Positions 40,021 to 51,921 of a stretch of DNA of 64,000 nucleotides are shown one piece after another (positions within the stretch are counted from its first letter, which is position 1; the number at the start of each line of letters is the position of its first letter). The stretch is from Callorhinchus milii (lineage: Eukaryota). A model generated the notes under the pieces. The model saw only the letters and a program-made list of their open reading frames with translations. It did not search any database and was not told the DNA's origin. The DNA is taken from assembly GCF_018977255.1 (NCBI RefSeq), contig NW_024704743.1:86492001-86556000 (forward strand), read 5' to 3'. The translations under genes were made by a program, and so were the position numbers.

Positions 40021-41117
40021 CTTAGTATTGCTGAACATTTGTGGGCAAATGGGTAAAGCCAAGTTTGCAGTTTTGTGCATCTTCACAATTAATTCTGAAA
40101 TTGGGGGTTAGTACTTTAACGGCCCCGATTAATGGTTAAATCAAAGTTACTGCTCCATATTGTTCTGCTAATGGAAATGACATTGCTGCACCTCTATCAG
40201 TATAAAGGTAAGTGAAAAGAACAGGAGGAAAGAGATAGATATATTTCACTCAGAGTTTCTTCAATCCTGGACAACTTGGGATGTAAAACCCAGAGATTGT
40301 TTCAAACCGCAAGTCATGTGACAAATCTAAATTTCAAATATCGTAAATTGGACCCCAATGGTTCCAAATATATTCTGCTTCAAAGAAGCAAAGATATGTT
40401 GAGAAAGAGCAGGCGATTGTTGCACCAACTTCCTTAATGTCAACAAATACCATAAAATTTCCTCAACGATTCATTGTGATATTTTCACAATGGTAGTGGA
40501 ATGAAGCAGATGGGACACAGCTGGAATGCTCTCATTATCTGGGGTTTTGCTTTGGGCTAATTTGAAAATAATATAACTCCAAGTTACAAAACCAGTGCTT
40601 GCTTTACCCTGCATCGTTCCAAGATGTTTCCAAAAATATTACAACTTAAGCAAAAAAGGTGTTGCTGGAATTCTAACTGGATCGGCACTGACAGAGCACA
40701 AACTAAAGGAAAGAGGAAGAGCAGGAAGTGAAAGATCAAGCAAGGTCTTAAATCAGGGTATTCTGAGTAAATAAAAATGACAAGAAATTACAGTTATGTA
40801 GTCCCTTTCACATTTATTCAGAGAATTGTTGGCCAGAAAGCTAGGAGAATCTTTTTAAATAGTGTATGGAATCTTGAATGCCTATCTCAGCAAGCAAGCA
40901 AAACCTGATGTTAACATTTCATCTGAAGGACTCTATGTCTAACAGTGCAGCATTGCACTGGAATATTAACCCAGTCTGTCATCTTAAAGTTTCAACGTGG
41001 AACTTGAGACTACAAACTTCTGACTCAGAGGGGAAAGTGCAACTAAGCCAGGCTGCCACCTTGTAGATGGAATTAAAAATACACAATCTCATCTACGATT
41101 GTTTCACAAGAGGTCTG

Positions 41118-41276
41118 GATGAACATTTTTTGGGGGATAGCCAGGTGTTTGACACATCCAAAATTCCATCATCATGCTTAAGAGTATCCAAACCAGATGA
41201 AGAGTTCTGTTTGGATACTGTTAAGCAGGGTTTACGCATCCGTCAGATATCTGGCTGACCAAATCAAACGTTCATC
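41118..41276. repeat. Imperfect palindrome, MITE-like, apparently within an old CR1 3' end
   Basis: Three nested arm pairs: gatgaac/gttcatc, agccaggtgtttgac/gtcagatatctggct and tgcttaagagtatccaaac/gtttggatactgttaagca. Confidence 0.78.
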
Positions 41277-42011
41277 AAAAATCTTCAGATGTATTTGATT
41301 TCATCCTTCTAGAACACCAACTCTACCATCTTTTCATGATACCATCAAACTGCTTTTTAAATGAATCCAATATTCTGCTTTGCCAGACTTCTGGGTAATC
41401 CAATTGTGATCACTGAGGATATAGACTGGAGCTGCATTTTCGGTGTCCAAGAAACATATTAAAGTTCATATTCACAATGGGCTTTACATTCAGTCCTTAG
41501 TTGATCTCATTGAGCCCTGCCGACTTATTCCCTGGATAAACATCAAAACTTGTTCTATTATTGCCCATTGGCCTTTAGTATCCCATTGCAAAATTCATTT
41601 ATGTAGTAGTGTCAAACCCAAACGACAAACTATCAACTAAAAGAGAAATGGGTCCTCTCACAACAAGATTGCGAATGAGATAACTGTCCTAAAGGAAAAA
41701 CATGTATTTTTAGAGTGTCTTATTACACTAAAATATCACAAAATGGCATCACAGGAGATTGTCAAGTGTAGCAACTTAATCACAGATAACTCAGGCAGCC
41801 ATTTGTGCAATAATTCCCCATAAATAATCATGAGATGAAAGACTAAATGAACCCAGAGTATTGTTAGGCAAAGTCCATTCTCTTCTTGAATTCTGTCATA
41901 GGATCTTTTAGCATCTAATTAGACAGCTAGTCTCTTTGCCTAGTCAGCAAAAGGTAGCACTGACAATGCAAAACTCCCTTCAAACTGGAATGTCAGCCTA
42001 GAAGCTGAGTT

Positions 42012-42242
42012 CAACAACAACAACAACAACAACAAGATTCCATTTATAAAGCGCCTTTCACGTCAGGAGGACGTCCCAAGGCGCTGCACAGTTGGGTCAT
42101 GACCCGAGCAGGGGGGAAACGGTCAGGGTGAGGGGAGGGAAGGAGCGAGCAGGGGGGAAATGGTCAGGGTGAGGGGAGGGAAGGGAGGGAGCGAGGAGGG
42201 GGAAGAGAGTCGAGAGGGGAGCTGAAGGCTCGGTCAAAGAGA
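42012..42242 (-). mobile_element. Young L2 3' end inserted in an old minus-strand SINE (about 41720-42320)
   Basis: (CAA)n tail; AGTTCAA duplicated at 42008-42014 and 42243-42249; internal tandem duplication of about 40 bp. Confidence 0.9.
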
Positions 42243-42384
42243 AGTTCAAGGCTTGACCTAGGGATTGAATCTGCAACCTTCTGACTCAGTGATGAGGACA
42301 TGCTGCCAACTGAGCCACATTTACACTGTATCCATCTTTTTTGAATAACAGATCACATGCCGGTTTGGTATCAGAGTTACTCAC

Positions 42385-42531
42385 CTGGGTCTACATTCCA
42401 CAAACTCTCTTTACACGTGGCTGTATTTCTCATACCATGATTTTCAATGAACTAGTTTTTGTTCTTTATATCGGTATAGCAGATGTGTTCACTGAATAAA
42501 CTATAACAGCTGTCTTGCTTTCATCTACATG
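42385..42531 (-). other. Candidate non-coding exon (147 nt)
   Basis: Acceptor aatttttttatag| and donor CAG|gtgagt; stops in all three frames. No expression evidence. Confidence 0.25.
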
Positions 42532-42663
42532 CTATAAAAAAATTACATTAAACACTATTGCTGCACTCCACTACTAGGCATAATCGTTCATTAAAATAAC
42601 CCCTAAAGTCACAGAACAGCAAAAGAAAAACTATATTTTTTGAGAAAATGTTACAAATCACAT

Positions 42664-42971
42664 ATAATAATAATAATCCTTGTATTTGATATAGCGCTTT
42701 TCACGTCTTCTAGACGTCTCAAAGTGCTTCACAGAATATACTGTAAACTGTACATTTGTGAGTGAAACGCAGCAGCCAGTTGTGGCACAGCAGTATCCCA
42801 CAAACGGTTCGTAGATTAAAGTGACCAATTTATTATTGCTTTTTTTTTCTGAGGGATTATTATCAGACGTGTAGAGTAAGGAAATTTGCCCAAGGTTTTG
42901 CCCTGCCAGGAATCGAACCCAGGTCTCTCGTTTGTGAGGCGAGTGCTCTAATCACTGAGCTACAGGACTCC
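42664..42971 (-). mobile_element. Young tRNA-derived SINE (short form), full length
   Basis: Head ends tacaggactcc at 42971; (ATT)n tail at 42664. Confidence 0.92.
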
Positions 42972-43504
42972 ACTGAGCTAAATATCACTTTGATGCATAA
43001 CTCCACAATGATTACTGATCTATTCTAATGGGGGGGGGCAACATAAAGTAATAATAATAATAATATGTTATATACTGCATTTTCATTACAGAATGTTAAC
43101 GTTTGTTTAAAGTTTATTTCAAGGCATAATAGAAAATATATTTGTGTTTATCTCCAGTCTATTTGTTGCTATCAGCTGCTAAAACCTAATTTGGAGACAT
43201 GTGTTCAGCGTTGTGCAAAAGAATCTCATGAAGCCTATAGTAATCTTGGAGGGCAGCCAGCAATAATTGACTGGATTAATACAACAGCCGCTTGCATTGA
43301 TATAGTTCCCTTCTTGAGCAATAACGTCTTGGAGTGCTTTGCAAGGGTGCGGTCAGGTGCTGAGTTGGGTGGGGGGAGAGGGGGAGGGAAATGGCTAAGC
43401 ACAGTAGAAGAGGTAAATTTTTAGGCAGATACTTGGGATGGCAGAGTGTAAGCTTTGATAAGGGGCTGGGTAGACGTGGAATATATTCCCTTGAGAGTTT
43501 GTGC

Positions 43505-43760
43505 TCAATTTAATTGGGTGATCTGATTGAGGTATTTAAAATAATGAAAGCAATTAACAAGCTAGATAATGAAGGACTATACCTGATGATTGAAGCTTCC
43601 AAAACAAACAGACAATTCAAAATTAGAGGTCGGAAGATTAGAATTGACAGCAGAAAACATTTCTTCACATGAACGGTTGTGAAACTGTGAAAATGCAATA
43701 TAGACTATAACGGGACAATAAATTAGGATGTTTAAAAGAAGGATAGGCATGAAAATGGAT
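43505..43760 (+). mobile_element. Old CR1 ORF2 C-terminal fragment
   Basis: Reads GDLIEVFKIMK, with a later FKIR...KHFFT motif in a shifted frame. Confidence 0.7.
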
Positions 43761-45801
43761 ATTATATTTAAAAACATGAAATAGGTAAGAAAAGCCAAGG
43801 AAATGAAGGAAATACAGGAAGAGAGTAGAGAACATTGTGCTGAAAAAGCCCCCCCTCCCCCCCAAAATAATAATTTGCTGAATCAATATTTATCCACAGT
43901 AAAACAAGACTTCATAACACATCAGCAGTAACACTCAGAGCCACTCTGCTGTAAAATGTTCAGTCAATTCCATCATCTAGTCTCTCTATATAATGTTACA
44001 TTTCAGCAAGAACTCCATGGCAAAAACTTTGCAGTCACATGTAACCTGAGCAGCTGCTATTTCAAAAGTGTGAATATTTTTATTTGTTGTTGGAAGCGGA
44101 ATTTTATACTCATGTTATTTTGAAGGAATTCCTGACTTTCGATACCTATATATCTTATTTACACTGTGAGGCACACATTCATCAGGAACACCCATAGTGA
44201 AGACAATCCCTAAGGATTTATAATGAGGGCTTCCCAGTCAAAGGCAATAAATTATCTGGCAGATGCAATGTTGAACAGTACTTTAAGGTAATATCCAACC
44301 CCAGATTTGCATTGGGTTGTTTTAAATCTTTAATATGGCAGCTCAGACGAAGATGATTTGGGAGTTACTACTCTCTAATATGTGTTCAGTGTAAATATCT
44401 CCCAAGCATTCATATTAGGTTCTTGGGAATACATTGGTTGTAAATTACTATAGCATAAACAAAGTTAATAAAACTATGCTGTCCAGCCTGCATTTGTGAT
44501 ACAAGACAGCACCTTAAACTTCTGTCAGGGATATTTATTTGAGATTTAAGGAGTGGTTTCTCCCATTATCAGTATCAGACACTTCAGATAATTTAAGCAG
44601 AAAATCAGAAATGGTTGTCTGCAAAGGATAGTTTATTTGCTGCTGATGATAAGATCCCCTTATCTAAAGTATCCATTTATGTAGCTGTATTATAGTTTGC
44701 ACAAGTGTGCCAGCTTGGCTCACTTGATAGCACGCTCATCTCTGGGTCACAAAGTTGTGCATTCGAATATGACATTGGGTCTTGAACTCATAGTTTAGAC
44801 TGACACTTAAGTATAGAACTTCTAGAATGATGAATTAATGGATGTGCTCTCACTTCCATTAAGACGTTAAATCAAGCCCTGCTCAGATGGATATTAAAGA
44901 TCTCATTGTTTAAAAAAGGGAGTTTCTACTGATGTCCTAAATAATCTAAGGTCCTCTTCCACTTGCTCATTAGAGATTTTTTTATTACTACAGGAAGACA
45001 GGAAACTCAATTATACTTCAAACCCAAATATCTATCTGTGTGCTATTTAAAAAACAACTTTGTTTGATTCTGCCCCCTCACCCCTTCTCCATTGCTCAGC
45101 GTCCAACCCCATCCCTATAAAGTGCTCGGAGACATTACCAAACTTGAAGGTTGCTAAATAAATAAATTGTTGTTATTGCAGAATCCATGACCTACTTTTT
45201 CAGTACTGAATTTGCATAGCTGTGCGTGAAGAGATGTTTTCTAGATTCAATTCTAATCTATGCAACTTTAATTTTATGATTATTTCTCTTTTTCCTGGAC
45301 CAAGCTTCCTTGATCTGCAACTCAGTTTCCAATGTCCAAGATTTAAGATTTTTTGTCCTGGAATCATGTTCTGGAATCCAATTACTTTGCTCTGTCATCA
45401 CACCACAGAAAGCACCAATACCTGAAAGTATTCAATGATTCTGTCTTCATTCGAACCATTTTTGAGTCATTGCCCACTAGGATACACAAACGACTTGGGT
45501 TTCACACATTATGTACATATATATTGATCTCATCCCAAGCTCTCTCAAATATGTTTCATTCAGCAAGCCACTTGTATTGAAATCTCCGAGCTGTGGTAAA
45601 GATATAAGAAAATAGAAAACAGCAGCAAAAAAAATACTGTATGGAAAATATCTGAGGCTAGAAGACAAAAAGGAAGAGAAAGAGAAGATAGGAGAAAATG
45701 CCTAAAGGAGAAGTGAAGAGTTCCTCCCCATAAATGCTAAAGGAATGACTAGATAAGCCATGACTAGATAAGCAACAGCTCTTCAGCCTTGCAGTACGTA
45801 C

Positions 45802-45856
45802 AGTAACCTTCCCCTTTAGTCCGGGCATCCACAATTCAGACCTAGCCGGACGGGGC
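45802..45856 (-). other. Candidate exon (55 nt)
   Basis: Strong acceptor ttttacatttttctgtttcag|; moderate donor ACT|gtacgt; locally GC-rich. Confidence 0.3.
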
Positions 45857-46235
45857 CTGAAACAGAAAAATGTAAAACTTCTGCAGGCCCACGTGTAGAC
45901 TCATTCTGGCCACTCTCTTAGTGCTCATCCCAGCTTCACCATGCTTACTGGCCTTCAAAGGCCAGGCATATCAACTTGACTCAGTTTGAACCCCTCGAGC
46001 AGAAGATAGTTTATTCACTGGTGCCGAAAAAAGTCAGCAAATTGTAATTACATATAGCTAGAAAGAGTCTTGATATTATAATTACATTTAGCTTGAAATT
46101 CTGCCTGGCCAGATTGAATCTCCCCCTCCCCCTCATTGATCCAGCTAGCTGGGGTTTAAGAGTAAAATGGGTCTTCATTTGTAACTCTCTTGCGATCTTT
46201 TGATATCTTAAGAAAAGGGCAATCTATTGTCTTAC

Positions 46236-46302
46236 CTGTTTGGGATGTTTCACCAGATGGAATTATGTACCAAGAAGATGGTTTGTTTGGAGATTTACTC
46301 AT
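46236..46302 (-). other. Candidate exon 3' part with short ATG-initiated frame (MSKSPNKPSSWYIIPSGETSQT)
   Basis: Consensus donor CAG|gtaag at 46236/46235; ATG at 46302 in a weak Kozak context. The peptide is not recognised. Confidence 0.25.
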
Positions 46303-46655
46303 GGATTGTTATTTCCAAGTCAACTCTTGTGTTTTATGATTGTGGATTTTCTCCTAATCCAGGCAATCTAGTGAAGCCAAATCCACATTGCTGACAATAT
46401 TTCCCTTGGAATATTAACTTTCCCTTATATTACATTACATTAACTCCCTGTGGCACAAAATTCCACCTCGTCCAAGACTTCTGAACATTTTGTCTTAAAA
46501 TTCTCAGATTCTCAATAGTTGTTTAAAATAAAGGCTTCTAAGTCAAGACTCAATTTAAGAATTATCTACAGTTTTGTATGATCTTAAATTCAGCACTGCA
46601 ATGAACTGTGCAAGAGTTCTTTCAAACAGTCCAGAAACTTTAAGATCTTAAGATA

Positions 46656-47125
46656 CTGGGGTGAAAAATGCAGTGTTTCATAACAGATTTCATGTATTAT
46701 GGAACCTTTTATAGAATCTGTTATGCAACACCATCATTTTTTAACATCTTTTCTTAAAATCTGGCTTTGATGTGAAGCAATGCACTCCCCTGCCTGACGA
46801 GTATACAATGAGAGAGCCAAAGATTTCAACTGTTGTTGTTCTTGTTCGTGAATCAGTGTTTCAGTGCCACTGCAAAGGATACTGGCTTATATCAATCAGC
46901 AACTCTTGAAGCAACACTGAGCTAAAGAAAAGCCAGCTCTGGGGCAAACTGAGATAGTGGCAATAAAATTCTTAAAACTGGCTTTGGTCATACCATTCTG
47001 CAAAAAGTCAGGGATATTCACACCAGTGTCCATTATTTAGCAACAGATAGAAAACTCAAATGATTTATAACAGATTCTATAACACATGGAATTTGTTAGG
47101 AAACGTTAAAATTTTTACTCCATTG
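46656..47125. mobile_element. Putative non-autonomous DNA transposon with long, internally palindromic terminal inverted repeats
   Basis: The left end tggggtgaaaaatgcagtgtttcataacagatttcatgtattat matches the reverse complement of the right end (tggagtaaaaattttaacgtttcctaacaaattccatgtgttat). TA flanks both sides. Confidence 0.6.
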
Positions 47126-47931
47126 TAATTCACACAGCGTGGTTTGGGAACCACCGGCCTATCCAGCTCACAGACGGATATATTTCCCCCACCACCCCCA
47201 CCCCCACCCGCCAGCCCCCCTCAACTATAGCAGAGAGGTACACAGCAATTCAATGTGTATTTTGAGAATAAAATACTCGCTCCCTCCCTAAACCACGAGG
47301 AAATTGGAAACACAAGTGAATAACTGACTCCCTGGGAAGCAAACATTGTGGACATATAGCTCCTTATAAAACCAGTGACTGAACAGTAAAAAGGGTATTT
47401 ATCTGAATCTTTAAGGAATTTCATGCTGCAAATGTGTATCGGTATATCAGAAGCCAGTATATCAGAAGCCATAGATAAATAACTCCCTGGAGCAACAAAG
47501 GATTTCATACCATTCATACCTTTTGATTGTGCTGGATGCAGTATGGATATGCACTCCCTCCCTCAGACCACTTGAGAATTGGCTGATTTAGAACCACAGC
47601 CCTCCCAGGCTACTGAGGAATGTAAGTGCATGGACATCTCCACTAATTATCGGTGGATCACAATTCATAGGTGAATACTCCCAAATAACAGGGAAGTTCA
47701 GTGATTCGGACGAAACAAACATAAAATTGGAACCATTTGCTACTTCCTTGAAACTACAAAACCAGGTGGTATGTACTGCCCAGGAGCAGAACAGATAGTC
47801 GGATATTGTTGGATGACTTTTCCTTCACCCTCTTCTTTTCCTCCACAGAATGTAGTGTGGAGTGTGCATACTATGGTCATGTATGCCATTGTATCTATAA
47901 TTTGGAAATGTGCTGGTACCTTTGAGATCAT

Positions 47932-48247
47932 GGAGTCCTGTAGCTTAGTAGTTAAAACACTTGCCTCGCAAGCGAGAGGATCTGGGTTCGATTCCTGGGC
48001 AGGGCGAAATGTTGGGCAAGTTTCCTTAATCCACATGCCTCTGTTCACCTAGCAGTAAGTAGGAACCTGGTTGTTAGTCGAGTGGCGGTTCGCTTTTCCG
48101 GGGGTAATGATCCCTTCAAAAAAATAAATAAAAATAAAACAATATGAAATGATAATAATTTGGACACTGAATCCACGACTGTTTGTGGGACTCTGCTACA
48201 TGCAATTGGCTGCCACATTTCACCCACAAAATATACAGTCAATTCAT
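47932..48247 (+). mobile_element. tRNA-derived SINE (long form), tail missing
   Basis: Head with B box GGTTCGATTCC; extra segment ctgttcacctagcagtaagtaggaacc... Confidence 0.9.
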
Positions 48248-49090
48248 TACTTCAAAAACAACATATTTCTATGCTGAATTTATCTATCTGATACCATTTT
48301 AATATAGATGTTATCAGCACGTAGACTATTAGCACACATTTATAAAGTATCACTTCCTACAAAGTACATATTAAATAAGTATTTGTGAGATGCAAGTACT
48401 GTACTGCAGGAGAAATGCCAGGGTGGCGCTCCGGGACTCTGCCCCTCGTGAAGGGCGTTGTTGTTGATGACATTTTTCGTAACTTTAGCTTTTTTATCTG
48501 TTCTGCAGGCATTTACTTAGACTTAGAGTGATCCAACAAATCTCAGTGTCAGTGCTCTCCCTACCTAACAATTTCAAGTTCAGGAATAAGCATAAGTCAG
48601 GATGAGTTGTGGATTCACCAACCAGATAACATAAAATTGGACACAGTCCAAAATAGCCTGTTCAACTCTGGAACGATATAAGTGTACTTAGATGAATTCA
48701 TCCAACTTCAGAACAATGAAAGCTTTCTAAACTTAAAACTAATTCACACAATGTAAGGAGTCTGTGTGACTCATACATCTTTGCTCAGCAAATTTGATAT
48801 CTAAAATTAACATTAACATGTAAATTCAGATCTTAGATGTCCAAGCAGTCGGTTAGAATGCTGCAGAGCATTTAAAAAATATATTCTTTCCATTTGGTGG
48901 TATCATATTACATGGTTAAAACGTTTCAAAGTCTTTCACCAGATTTTTACTGTAAATTGAAATGACTGTGTGTTTTAGAGACAAATGAGACAGCGAACTT
49001 GTTCACATCAGTGTACCACAAATAGCCATGAAATCAATGACCTACTTTATCTGGAGAATTTTTGGCTTTGACACCAGGAGAAACTCTTTC

Positions 49091-49578
49091 AATAATAATA
49101 ATCCTTGTAGTTGACGCTTTTCACGTCTTCTATACATCTCAAAGCCCTTCACAGAATATACTGTAAAGTGAATTGACTGTATATTTGTATATAGGCTGGC
49201 ACTGCATAGAAAATAAAACTGTCAAACTATTATTGTACCCTAATTCATACCAATTACAGCGCTATTGCATATCAGAACTATTATTTGGATAACAATATCA
49301 GAACAATCTTGAGTTTTTATCCAAAATAAAATGGAATTGTGTTTGAAGTGCATTTTTCTGATCTTCAATCCGAAACGCTGCAGCCAATTGGGCACAGCAG
49401 TGCCCACAAACAGTCGTGGATTGAGTGATCAAATTCTTATTTTTTAATTTATACTTTTTCTTGAGGGATTTTCATCAGGCATGTGGAGTAAGGAAACTTG
49501 ACCAAGGTTTCACCCTGCCGGGAATCAAACCTAGGTCTCTTGCTTATGAGGCGAGTGCTCTAAGATCTGAGCTATAGG
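49091..49578 (-). mobile_element. Young SINE containing a 177-bp captured insert, itself nested in an old SINE (about 48920-49790)
   Basis: SINE tail 49091-49188 and body/head 49371-49578; the insert 49193-49369 copies 49786-49964. Confidence 0.88.
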
Positions 49579-51439
49579 TATAGTCCCATGGGATCTTTAA
49601 CATCCACCTGAACAAGCAGACAGATCTTAATTTAGTATCTCATCCTGAGGAAAGCACCTCTGAAAATGCAGTCACTTCAGATACTACATTGGAGTGCTAA
49701 CTTAGACGATGAGCTCAAAGTCCTGACATGGGGCTTGAGGCCAACAAACTTCTAATTCAGAAGCGATAGTGCTACGATCTGAGCCAGGCCAGCACTGCAT
49801 AGAAAATAAAACTGTCAAACTCTATTATTGTACCCTAATTCATACCAATTACAGTGCTATTGCATATCAGAACTATTATTTGGATAACAATATCAGAACA
49901 ATCTTGAGTTTTGATCCAAAATAAAATGGATTTGTGTTTGAAGTGCATTTTTCTGATCTTCAATTCTATGAAAAAAAAGTGAATTGAGGAACAATGATAT
50001 TTTGTCTATTCGAACTATAGCACAGATCAATGCTTTAAAAACTACCAAATGTATCAAGTTAAATGTTACAATAGCTGGATGCACATTTAGGATATGTGAT
50101 GTCTTCAGAATGCACGTTTTATTTGGCATGTAATTTTTCTTTTGTATACGACATAGATATTGTTTCCAAAAGCACTCAGTATTATTTACTAGAATGTTGC
50201 TTGACAAAGCATAATAATTCAAGCTTAATAAAGCAGTGAGCCTCAATGATAAAAAGAAGAGCTCAACGCTTTTTTGTTTTTGGTTCTGTCCTCCGGAGTT
50301 AATCAAGTCTGCCAGATAGAGACTTTGACCCACATTCCACAAAGTGTGAGAATGCTGGAAGTGGTCCCAGAAGTAGAAATAGAGAACATAACTTACATGC
50401 AATAATACAGCACAGTTTATCCCCATACAAGTACTGAATTGTTGCTGCAAAGATGAGGGGTGGTGGAGGTGCGAAGTGGCCAAAGTGTTGATTCCAAGAA
50501 GAGACAGTGGAAAGCAGCACTGGTCATTGCATAAAAAGTGGGAAAAAGAAGGGTATCAATCAAACCCAATTCCCTGGTTTCTTGCTCGTTCCACTAAATT
50601 GGTCTCATATGAGAAAGAAGAATCAAACTCATTGCAATTATTGTTATTCTTAGATTCATCTGATAAATTGGCTAAACAAACTGTTGAAATTGTAGATGTA
50701 GAATTCCTTTGAGTCTTCACCTGTTTTAATGCACATTTGGAAATTGATCATTTAGTTCTTACAGTGAACGTTACTTGGGTGTGCTGATCTCACTTCTTGT
50801 GCACTGTCAGCATATTGCCGATTATAGAACTTGCTTCTCCAGTGATTTATTGGGGAGAGAAATTGACTGAATCCAGATTTAATTGATTTTCTTAGCATTT
50901 TTGGCAAGTTGTTGTTTTTAAAAGAACTTAGAGAAAGTCGACTTCAAGATTAAGACTGCATTTAAGAATTTGCCAAATTTCTGGTCACTAGGAAATACCA
51001 AGAATTATGTATATTATGCACACTTCTACTTTAGGTTAGATGCAGGCTGGAGCATAAGCTGTTCAAAAGTTGTGCTTCAATCCCAGCTGCAGAAAAATAT
51101 GACCTTTTGTATCATGCAATACATAGCCTTTAGCACATCACTCAGATATGAACTGAGAACACAATTTTTAGTCTACGACTCTGATGTTTGCACTGTGCAG
51201 CTTCCAATGTTACCTACTGTATCATGTGTTACTTCATTTACAATCCAATCTTGTTACTAAGGTTGTGGAGGAAAATTCTATTTGAGGACAAGAGGGTTCA
51301 ATCTAACCTGTCTTATTCAGAAAATAGGTCGGACAATCAATAGGGCGGGTGTGTTTAAAACTGAGTTAATAAAAACTGCTTATAAATGTACTAAAACCCC
51401 AGCTTGACAAACCAATAGCCAGAATTTCCGGCTAAGTGT

Positions 51440-51537
51440 AATTACATTGCCAGTACCGGCATTTACTGCCTGCATTCGTCACCGCTTTTTTTAAATGTCG
51501 AAAAAGGCTGTTAAATGCCGATACTGGCATTGTAATT
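51440..51537. repeat. Hairpin / MITE-like inverted repeat
   Basis: Arms aattacattgccagtaccggcatttactgcct and aggctgttaaatgccgatactggcattgtaatt. Confidence 0.8.
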
Positions 51538-51921
51538 GTTTCAATTCCATGAGCAGAAGATAACGAATAAGATGGAATTTTCTTTTTAATGTTTTTGAGT
51601 CCTAGGTCTAGAGTTTGACTAGGTCCGGTAAGCCAGGGCTTTATTGTATATCAATCCAAATTGGATTCAGGAATTATTGCAAAGCTCATGTGTTGCAAAA
51701 TTGATACAGTTTGCAACATTTACTTCTCTGGCCTTACTGGCTGAGCATCTCAATCTGTGCCAGCTGTGCCAAGGTTTCAAGTCAGCTTCATATTCCACAC
51801 TAATGTACCATTTTGAACTGAATTCAAATTGTCTAAACAAACTTCTGTTGGGGATTTTTAATGCACATCATAAGAGAAGAGACTTTCATTCTCTTTGCCA
51901 ATGCAAAACCTGTCTTAAGGT

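Noticed and set aside
48415..48432. CTCF-like motif gccagggtggcgctc
   Set aside because: Only the 3' half matches the consensus; several core mismatches.
50289..50405. Plus-strand frame VNQVCQIETLTHIPQSVRMLEVVPEVEIENITYMQ after a pyrimidine tract
   Set aside because: Weak GAG acceptor, no recognised homology and no supporting upstream exons.
49893..50483. 196-aa minus-strand ORF (joint longest in the track)
   Set aside because: Non-ATG start, AT-rich composition, no recognisable domain, and it ends inside the duplicated segment; likely chance.
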